From Fimicolochytrium jonesii (taxonomy: Eukaryota): 64,000 bases of DNA. The notes below the pieces were generated by a model. That model had not been told where the DNA came from, ran no database searches, and saw only the letters and a list, made by a program, of their open reading frames with translations. Both the position numbers and the translations under genes were made by a program. Every line of letters begins with the position of its first letter. The stretch's first letter is position 1. Below are positions 50,757-64,000 of the stretch, piece after piece. Where the stretch lies: positions 310,001-374,000 of the forward strand of contig NW_026515683.1 of NCBI RefSeq assembly GCF_025526975.1. Reading direction: 5' to 3'.

Positions 50757-52787
50757 CTATCGCATGCTATCGAACTTGCGTGCACAAGGCAGAGCACCAT
50801 TCTCCATATACTCTTCCCTCGTAACGCAGTGGGATCGGAAGTCCTCAGGCCTCTCAGTCACCCAACGTACGCCACCTTCCCAAGCAACGGTCTCCGGTCT
50901 GCGAAAATCCATGTTGGTGTCCCTGAGGTAAACGCGTAATCACACGGAATGATCATCGGCTTACCTCTCCGACGCGTGTATTCTGAGTTCGAACTCCGAC
51001 GGAACGAGAGACCGCAATTCCCTTTGCCTGCATAGCAACGATGATCCATACCGTCGCGTTAAGAGTTTTCAAAGAGAGCGGCTCGGACCGATGGTAGGGT
51101 ACTTACAGCCGTTTCGCAAAGCCGGGCAAACGGGCATTCCCGCCCGTTAAAAGTACATTCGCATACAGTAGTGGTTGCAAATCTGAAATTTGGGTTATCA
51201 ACGTGATCAGCGGGATCCAATGCCTGCCGAACGAAAGGGAGTGTGATGCGGAGCGACGTCCACCTGAGTCGGTTTGTGAAACAGCCTGATATATCGCTTC
51301 GGCTAGTCCCGCCTGTTCAATCCCTACGAATATATCATTAATTAGCGATGGAATAAGCATCCGGTTGACGATGCCGATAGTACCGATATCCGATGGGTTG
51401 AAGAGGATCTCTGGCACAGTGAACCGTTCATTATTCATAATCAATACTTGTTCGTCGGCGCTTTTCGATGTAGCCGGGGCGTTCGACTGTCAGAGCAACC
51501 GTTGTGATCAGATCGTATCGTAAGCTTGAGCAGCAGGATGAAGCTTACTCGGATGTATCCCTTCCTTCCGGATATCAGATCCGGTAGCACATACTCGAGC
51601 TTGATGGTGTTGGCCAACCCGTCTAGTCTGCGTTGTAGACGGTTGAGTTCAAGAAGCTGGATAGGATCGAATTGAGTGTATATGCCCGCGTATGACTGCA
51701 CCTGCAGGCCTCGAGATCCGCATCAAAGCGTTCGGATACGTAGCAGCATTGCTCCTTGATTTCGTTGACAAGGAAAGTTTCCTCCATCATGTTCCATTGT
51801 CTGAGTACGGGAGCATGAGCTCTCCATCCATAAGTCCACATGATCCTTCGATTCGACGTACCGAAAAGCTATGATCTCCTTCAAATGATTCGTCAACAGC
51901 TTTCCTCCAACCTCAATCCTGAATGGCGACGGACTTTAGGGTATCATGGCTTCGCGCTTATTCACTGGGACTGCATACCGCTTAATGGCATCCCAGATCG
52001 GCCTCCCCAGGTACACAGGAACAACATGTGTGAAGGAGTATCCGGAATCCACAATAAGTGCAGCTTCGGACGGTCCTGCAGGGCCAGAAAGATTTGCAGA
52101 CAGTGCGGCGGCTATGAACGGCAGGTGTGCTTAGAATCAACCGTCGAAACATCCATATGGAAGGAAACTTTCGGCAGAATACCTGTTGAGCGATGGTACG
52201 CCGCAAACCCGAACTCTTCGAACACTATTTCATCGTAAGCATGCCGTATATTTGGAAGGTTGAAATATGGCTCTGTGATGAGGAGCGTCGATTCGCCTGG
52301 CTTGCACTGGATATGAAGTACAGGAATAGTTTCAGAAACCACATCTAGACTGGGGAGGGACCCTTGGACATGTTTGCACCTTTTCGCTATGTGACAGTAA
52401 ACGCTTCCAGATATCTTTTTCTAACTCCCAGTCTGTAATATATCCCTGCACAATACTTTTGATCAGAACCTTTCGCATCATAAACGATAGCAACTTGCGA
52501 AAATGCACTGGCCGTTACTTTCTCGAACGGAACTCGTGGTATCAACCCGGACAAGTCTGAGGAGTCTTGTACTTGGTCGGCAACCAATATCCGACCGCCT
52601 TTCCCACGTACGGAACAGTTACGTACAGTACTGCATACATGGTTTCAGCTGTAATCGGCTATGCGCCTGGCTGTCCAGCTACTCATAGCACAGCACTCAA
52701 CTGGAATTCGGCTGGATTATCGGCAAACCCGCTCTTGATAGCGTATGCTCCGTTGTCCACGACCAAAGTCCTCAACGGGGCACCCAT
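50757..52787 (-). CDS. ARP6: Actin-related protein 6 (SWR1 complex)
   Basis: [96 protein letters not shown]. Confidence 0.92.
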
Positions 52788-53113
52788 TCTATCTCGCCTC
52801 AGCAGCTCTTTATGTGACTGGGGCGTCCTGCCAAAAGCTATTTTTTTATGAGCAATTCCTCTGCACGCCCGCCTGCTTGACACGGCAGAAAATGACCACT
52901 TGCGAGGTTGCGAGCCTGCGCGTACCCACCAGCGTACCCGCCAACAAAATCCCATAGGAAAGCGCGTCTAAGAACGACTTCGTCCGTCCTGACTCCTCAC
53001 GCCAACACTCACAAGTCAGTCCCTCCAGAGCTCCTCTCTGCATCGCAAAGAAACCCGAAAGCGGACGGCGTCTTCCTATAGCACCCCAACAACTGCAACC
53101 AACGTTCGTCGCA

Positions 53114-54243
53114 ATGGACCCAACGACCCGCACTCAGTAAGTGCTCACCCTGGGCGTACCGTTGTTTTAAGCTTCACGATCTTGGTCGTCTAACCGCTCC
53201 CAACTTGCTCTCAGGCAACCATCCGTGACGGGAACGTCAGTGCTGGGAATCAAATTCAAAGATGGCATCATGCTTGCGGCAGATACGCTTGGTACGCTTA
53301 TCACTCCAATGCATTGTGCTCAAATGCAGGGAGAACGCGGGGGGATGTCGTCTTGTTCGACGTGTACTGAGACATCTTGAATATCAGCATCATACGGCTC
53401 CATGGCCAGGTTCCGCGACGTGGAGCGTTTGATCAAGGCCGGGAATACTACGATCATTGGTGCTTCGGGCGATATCTCTGACTTCCAATACATCACCCAC
53501 TTGTTGGAAAAGATTCTGTAAGTCTCGAGGGAACACAGCAGTTGCGAACACGGCAGTTCCGGCGAGAACGAAACGCTTCATGTTCTCGCTGGTGTTGCAT
53601 CATGAATCTCACACGCTTCTCCTGCCCTTAGCATCAAGGAAGCAAACACGGACGATGGCCACCAACTGTACGCGCGCCACATCCATGAATACCTTTCTCG
53701 TCTCATGTATGGACGGCGATCGAAGCAGAACCCCCTATGGAACTCCTTGGTCATTGGTGGCCACAGAGACAAAGACGGCGGCTTGTAAGTGGCGCTGAGT
53801 GAGCTTCCAATATGGACGCGGCCTCAAGCTAATAGTCAACATCATATGACAGCTTCCTGGGCTTCGTTGACCTCCAAGGCACAACCTACGAATCACCTAC
53901 CATTGCGACAGGGTACGGAGCATACATTGCCCAACCATTGCTACGGAATGCGATTGAGAAGGTTGGTGGAGAGCAAAACCTAACCGAACAAGACGCGGAA
54001 AAGGTCCTCGATGACTGCATGAGGGTGCTGTTCTACAGAGATGCGAGATCGCTGAACAAGGTATTGCGGCAGTCGCTGTGAAACATAATCGTTCGTATTC
54101 ACGTTACTGACGGCGGTCCATTCCTGTCACAGATACAACGCGCTACGATCACCAACGCAGGCATCACAATCACGGACCCATATGAACTTGAGACTGAGTG
54201 GGCGTTTGCGGAAGGCATCCGTGGTTACGGTGCAACCGATTAG
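53114..54243 (+). CDS. PRE4: 20S proteasome subunit beta7 (Pre4/PSMB4)
   Basis: TRTQ|QPSVTGTSVLGIKFKDGIMLAADTL|ASYGSMARF, GASGDISDFQ, MYGRRSKQNPLWN, ATGYGAYIAQP, MRVLFYRDARS, W.FA..IRGYG. Confidence 0.95.
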
Positions 54244-54532
54244 GCCTGCCCCAGCTTCATATGTATAATATCCATTTTTGACTGAAGAGCTTGTGCAAGA
54301 CATGTAGAATACGAAAATGGCATGCTTATCGCGATCTTCAACCATTGGGGCACCAACACTTGCGGATGTCCATTTGAGAAAGAATGCACACCGTTATGTA
54401 TCATTCAGCGCGAGTATCTGGCCTGCAGACAGCCAGTGTAATCATCTCCCGCGGGCTCGAATTCCCACCGTGAGGGCAGACTCAAAGAGCATACCATAGC
54501 GTAATTTTAACCATCACACCAGTGTTCACCAT

Positions 54533-57721
<3,189 letters not shown>

Positions 57722-58579
57722 TTTGCAATTCGAAAGCAGGTCAGCAACAGTTGCTTCTGAGCACACGAGACACAACACTCTCTGGTAATAACTTTGAAGC
57801 TAGGAGCTAGGAAGGCCGCTGCTGGTTCGACGAGGTCTGTGCGAAGGTCGTGAGCTCGGGAGCCGAGAGGGAGTGGATTCCCAGGTAGTGAATACAGAGC
57901 AAAGGTTCAGTGAGTCCTCTTGTGGTATCTCGTCCGGGTAGCGCACGTAGCAGTAGCTTATGAACCAGCCCTTATGTGAGCTTCACCGTATATACAGTAT
58001 CTATGGCAGCCTTAACGTATTGTATGTACTGTACTGTGGAAAGGAAGTCCTTTGCCCTCGCAGCTCTGAATTTGACCCACTCCGAAAGAGAAGGAAGGGG
58101 AATTAAACTGGACTGTTGGACTAATTCGGAGCCACGTGACTATGCCCTGTATTGATCACGTCACAACTTGCGCATACGAAAGGCGGCGAGAACCGCAGGC
58201 ATCCGGAGCCGTTTGATACCCAGCTACGACGCAGCGCTACGGCTCATCGACCAATACGAAACAGTCAAACACTCAGGCTATTGTAGTCTGGAAACTGACG
58301 GTCGCTTCGGAAGCTGTTTCCAAGCCGAGTATTTTGTGCAGCAGTCAATTTCACGATCTTATAAGACACCTGACAGTACGTTGGGGAACGAGCCAGAACG
58401 CTATAAACTCGGCCAAGTTGGCGATATCGCCCACATATAGCCCACGGAAGGCGCTTGTCAAGTGGGGAATTCAACCCTCTCAGCGCTCGTTGTGTGCATA
58501 TCATCTCGTCAAGATCACAAAGGCCACCTCCTACTTGTCCATAACCAGCGTTGGAACATCGCGTTCGACGGTCACACTG

Positions 58580-61386
58580 ATGGGGGTTCTGGCCATCATA
58601 ATCGATGCTTTCAGGGTCGTAATCGGCATCTTCGGGAGAGGTAGATCCCTAAGCGCCTCTTTGTTCTCCTTCCTGAGTCAACACTGCGGCTACTATGGCG
58701 CAATTACAGTGATCTCCTCAGGAGTGGCCGCGGTGGTTTACGCAACTATATGGTTCGCCTTCCCAAAAACGTCTTCTTATACACCGCAAACCACTGGGGC
58801 GTGGGCAGGGGGAAAGCCGGGGAACAAGCGAAAGGTGCCATATGAGCATGTTTGGGTGAAGGGCGACATGTTACTTCTCGACCATGGCCAAGGGCCGTCG
58901 TACTGTAACGTACGTATCATATTATATTCCCAACGCATCTGTCCGTCGTAATCAATGTCTCCTCACTCCTCTCTTGCTTCTCAGGCTTGTAGTCATCTCG
59001 TCGTGCAAGGGCTGGCATGCTTGGTGTGCCGTCGGTGTGCTCATGAGGAACACTACGATATGGTGCAGGACATGGTAAGTGATGATGTCCACGCTTCCTC
59101 TGATCAGCCCCGGCTCGCACTCACGTTGATGTCTTACAGCCGTGCAAGCTTCTGTACTCGAACACCGACATTCCAAATCTATTACGCATGAAGAGGAAAG
59201 ATTCCACATCTTCTATCAACTCGAGTTCCTCCGTCGATGACAACTACAAGCCGCTTCATGTAAGGCTTTAAATCAGTCCTGAGTGCTCGTCAGATCTCGT
59301 CTTAAGCTATCCTAAACCGTGCTTCGCAGAGCATTGGATCTCGATACAGTGAGCATCAGTGGGTTGAGGGAAACCTATCCGTCGGCGCGCAATGTGCCGT
59401 ATGCAAATCAGCAGCTGGAAGCGAGCCCACTCTGAAGGACATGCGCTGTATCTGGTGCGATGTCGCGGTACATACAACCTGCTTCACTCAATTCCGACAA
59501 AAGTGCCCGCTGGGCCCGATCCCGCATCTGGTTGTCCCACCGCTTTTCGTGACAAGGATATCAAATGCGACGAGAGGTGCCTCGAAGAAGCCAGAACCCC
59601 GCTTCAAAGTCGCAGACCTTCCCGAGGGCTCGAGGCCGCTCCTGTGTATCGTGAATCCTGCCTCTGGAGCTCAGAACTCCGGCGCGCTACTGGGTGCTCT
59701 GTTTGCCATGTTGAACCCGGTGCAGGTGAGAAAACACTGCCACTCATGAACGCGTTTTCGAAGTGACGACAGCCTTACGCGGGACATCATCAGATTGTAG
59801 ATACCTCTCAGGAAAACCCGGAAGCCTTGATCCGAGCATTCGAGCCGGTCCTCGACAGATGCAGAATACTTGTATGCGGCGGAGACGGGACAATTCAGTG
59901 GGCTCTATCGATATTGGATAAGGTCATCGAAAAGGCAAAACCCAAGCCCCCTGTCGGTGTACTGGTAAGCTAGTTGTCCTTCCGTGGGCTCTGCGTATTG
60001 GTGGAAGCACCGCTCACTACATTCACTTCCGCTGTGTGCAGCCTTTGGGAACTGGGAATGACTTGGCGCGGGTGCTAGGCTGGGGAGGCGGCTGGACAGG
60101 CTCAGACGTACGCGGCATTGTACGCGCCATCGATAGGGCGGCTGAAGTCGAGGTCGATCGGTGGCGAGTCACCGTGGCTGAACGACCTAACCGGTTAACT
60201 TCGACCGAGAAAGTCGGCCGGGCACTCCACCTGAGTACCGGCAAACCACCAAAGGTTTTGATGATGAACAACTACTTTAGCGTAGGAACGGACGCATCGG
60301 TTGCGCTTGATTTTCACACAACGCGGTTACGACAGCCCCAATTCTTCCGGAACAGGTAAGCACTTCTTCTTTTCAACTGAACGTCTTCCACGCGCTGACA
60401 ACCTATCGAACATTTACATTCACAGACTTCTCAACAAAGTGTGGTACGCAATGTATGGCGGAAAGCATCAGCTCAAAAACCTAATGTCGTTCATGGGAAT
60501 CACCAAATCCCTGTCCTCGGGCTCCCTGTCTGTCCTCGACGACGACAAGTCGCCTCAGCGATCGTCAACGATGCGGTCGGGCGATCGCGAGACGATAGAT
60601 GAGAGTTTTGCATCGCCGGGGACTCATGAACCCTTGTCCTCCTCGTGGATGTATCTTGATCATGAGAAGGAAGGGGTTGATCTCACCGAGTAAGCTCGAG
60701 GAAAATTCTATTGTATCCTCCGTCCTCATACGCACTGGTACTAACGATTACGCGCAATCTCCCTCAGTGTCGGAGCCCTCCTAGTCCTCAACATCCCCTC
60801 CTACGGCGGCGGCGGCAAGATCTACGCAACCGCCGAAGCCGACGGCTACCCCCCCTCCCTCCTTAACGACGCCAAACTCGAAGTCCTAACCGTCGCCTCC
60901 CCGCTCCACCTCGGCGCCAGCGTCGTCGGTCTTTCCTCTCCCAACGTCGTCGGCCAAGCCCACCACATCCGCCTCGCCATCGACGCCCCGCAGGTCGCGA
61001 TGCAGGTCGACGGCGAGCCCTGGCTGCAACAGGGGCCTGCGACCGTATTGCTGGAGTATGCGGGCAAGACGAAGATGCTGAAACGTGGCGACCTGCTGGA
61101 TGGGGAGGAGAGCGAGAATGAGGAGGAGACGTTGATTGCGGATCGCGGGCGCGGGGGGGATTTGCAGACTGGAGATGAGGCGGATGATGAGGCGGAATTT
61201 GGGGAGGAGTATGAGGACGAGGGTGAGGGTGAGGGTGATGATACGGCAGTATCGCAGCTCCTTACCAACGGCCTGCTCAGTCAAGAGCCTGGGGATTTGC
61301 GGAAGAGGATCATCGCGCCTATTCTCGACGACGATGCGTCGCCGGAATCGCATATCAAGTCGTCGAAGGAAACTGTCGACCGCTGA
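58580..61386 (+). CDS. ATP-dependent diacylglycerol kinase, epsilon-like (N-terminal TM, two C1 domains, DAGKc and DAGKa)
   Basis: Hydrophobic N-terminus; C1 domains (HVWVKG..YCN.C; HQWVEGNL..CAVC..CIWC..VH..C); PLLCIVNPASG, VCGGDGT, PLGTGNDLARVLGWG, MNNYFSVG.DA, LNIPSYGGG, MQVDGEPW. Confidence 0.92.
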
Positions 61387-61586
61387 AGCACTCCATCCCC
61401 GGCGTCACGTCAAGTTTTTGTTTTCTATACCATGTTTTCATATCAATTTGTATATATACATATGCACACATCACACTATCCTACAGAATGTACCAAATAC
61501 CACACTCTACATACGCCATTGCATATCACACGCCGTGGTTTTACGGCCCACAAAAAAAAGAAGGGAGTCCTGAGTTTTACGCCTCT

Positions 61587-64000
61587 TTACACCTTGTCCT
61601 CCAATCCATGCCCACGTCCGCCGTATTTCTCTCCGACTTTGGTCCGCCAGTGGTCAACCAGGAAGAAGCCTGAAGCTACTGTACGGATAGCGCTCAGAAC
61701 AGCAACGCTCCCTGTACGGAACGAAGATGGAAGGAATGATCAGTGAACCTGTCTACATGGATGGAGTCGAAAACCCATGTCAAGCATACTTACAGAACAA
61801 GAAGGTCAAGTACGGGTTAACCGCCGGCGGGTTTGGCGGGAACAGGTACTCATTCGTAAAGATCAGAATGAGCAGCGAATTGCTGAGCACCCAAGACAGC
61901 ACGACCCTAGTCCGGAACTTCCTGTACCCATCCTCTTGCTGCGTCTGCGCATTGACCGTCGACACCTCCTTCTTGCCAATCTCCTCCCGCTGTTTCGTCA
62001 GCTGCTTCGCAAACACCTCGTACGCGTCGTCCAGGTCGTCTTCAGTGAACGGCATCGCCACGTCCGCGACTTGCTCGCCGGACGCGGTCGTCTTGACTGT
62101 GACGGATCCGAGGTCGGGTGCGTTGTCGCCTTTCGTGCCCCATGACACATCGTGCAAGTTGCAAAAAGCGTAAATCATGAAGACGTTGATGTATGTTGGC
62201 GTCAGGATCAGGTATTGGGGCAGGCAGGTGACCATGTGGTACCAGTCGGCGTGGGCGAGGGATGCGGTGATGTAGAGGCCGTACGTAGACAGAAGGGACA
62301 CGACGAGATCGCGGAAAGTTCCGTTGGTGAAGAAGTAATGGAAGAGTGTGACTTCAGGCTTGTCGATCTCGGTGATCGCCGTCTCTAAAGACGCTTTGAC
62401 GGCGGATATCGCCAAGAAGAGCATCAGAATCATGATCAGCCCAAATCCTATCACCAGGGAGTGGTATAAGAACTGAAACAGAAATAGCAATGAGTGAATG
62501 TTGTAGACCAAGGTATCACTGATCTGCAGGGTCACACACCTTGGTTCCCTGAGGACGATTGCCCAGCGAGCTAACGAAGATCGCAATGAGCGCGAACAGG
62601 TATAATTGTGGAACAATTTGGCTAACGATTTTATTCGCCACTTCGCCGAACGGCACGTTCTGCATCAAGACTTGAAATGATGAAAGACGTCAATCCAGCA
62701 CATGCACCGCGCGAAGTACAAGCACTACTCACAATGAAAGGCAAGGTAGAAATTTCCGAGAGCAAACCAACTGAATAGCAGATTGACTCCGTTGTAGAAG
62801 AACTCAAAGAGAAGAGCAGTCTTGCGGCCAGTGCTGTGCGCTGATCTCTGTAATTATATGTAGGGTAAGAAGCTGCCCACCGCGAGTGCCAAAACGATTG
62901 CCCGAAACTTACGAAAATGTTCTTCCAGTGCCAGACAGCGTACAAACTTGCAAAGAAGGACCCGTTCAACCACCGTCGACGCTGGGAAATCAGTTCCGCC
63001 AGTCTGTCCGGAACATCCGTCTCGGCATGGGCGTCCTTGCAGTATCGGAGAACGTACTTGTCGTTTCGCTTGGTCACCAGCTCAAAACACAGGATACGGT
63101 CTTCGGCAAGGTACATGTTTGCAGCGAAAATGTCCGCTCCTCCATGCAGTTCTTCTCCCTTGAAGTACGCATCAAGGGGCGCGCCTTGTAAGGCTTTGTA
63201 ACGATACGCGCTGAATGCTCCAGGCAAGACCGAAATATAACCGAAAACGGATTCAAGTGGTTTGTCGAGGATGTTGGACATCTTGTACTCGAAGTTTTGA
63301 GATGCAACGAGTGGGTTGATCAGGTTCTTCCAATAAGGTCCCAGTTCCGCCTTGATTTCCCCACAGGCTCCGCCGACGTTCTCGTTGCGCTCGAATGCCC
63401 GGTAGAGATGGTAGAAGGACTCCCGAGAAGGAACAGTGCCGACATCCAAGAGGAAGCAGACCTCAGGATCGATGGTGTTGCAGATTGCGTTGAAGAACCA
63501 TCTGTGAGAGTTGATCTTCTTGGCGTTTTTCTCCTTCAGCACGAAGACCGTTTGCATGGGCACCATGGGATATTTAACATTGGAATCGGTGCGCGGGTAT
63601 AAGTCTTTGTTGATGGCGACTTGTGTTGTGTACTCGAAGATGTGGGCTTTCACGTCTTTGCCGTTGACGGATCCCTTCGCGAGGCCATCGGCGTAACATC
63701 CCATAACCCCCAACAAGGTAAGAACTTTTGGGTTGATTTTCGAGCGACCGTCGCTAACAATGACCTGTATGAGAGGTGAGAACGGGCCCTTCGTGATGGA
63801 TCAAAATTCGTGCAACATCGGGAAAACCACTCACCACAACGAAATTCTTCCAGCCATCTGGGCCCCAGCTGTAAGGGCATTCATCACTGCACAGATACGC
63901 GATGTTCTTCATGACAGCGTACATGGATTTGGCGAAAAGAACATCATCTTCGTTATACATCGTCACGACACATGCAACCTTGGTCGTGCGCTTGAACATG
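61587..64000 (-). CDS. Chitin synthase (division 1 type), 5' end outside the window
   Basis: [77 protein letters not shown]. Confidence 0.96.

Overview
Compact, intron-rich eukaryotic DNA (mostly 55-90 nt GT-AG introns) with about 23 protein-coding genes. The gene content points to a flagellated early-diverging fungus, probably a chytrid (inference): chitin synthase and a Whi5/Nrm1-type protein occur together with ciliary kinesin KIF6, a PRP4 kinase, an ATP-dependent diacylglycerol kinase and a prominin-like protein. Gene order: TRAPPC8/Trs85 (partial), RPLP1, CYSTM protein, Whi5/Nrm1-like, NOT4, small orphan TM gene, EDEM-type GH47, UBP6/USP14, divergent NAA50, VPS53, Ayr1-like SDR, MPC1, KIF6, Siz/PIAS SUMO ligase, CDK7/Kin28, prominin-like pentaspan protein, RVxF PP1-regulator, STK32/YANK kinase, ARP6, proteasome beta7, PRP4 kinase, DGK-epsilon-like, chitin synthase (partial). 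I saw no tRNA, rRNA, CRISPR array or intact transposon. Highlights: a 4-nt microexon in MPC1 at the position where human MPC1 is recalled to have one, a fungal prominin/CD133-like protein, a Whi5/Nrm1-like gene with an ATG-only first coding exon and upstream CGCGAAA sites, a Naa50 lacking catalytic residues, and a neurabin/Bni4-type PP1 docking protein. All family calls come from recalled motifs and manual splicing; no database searches were run.
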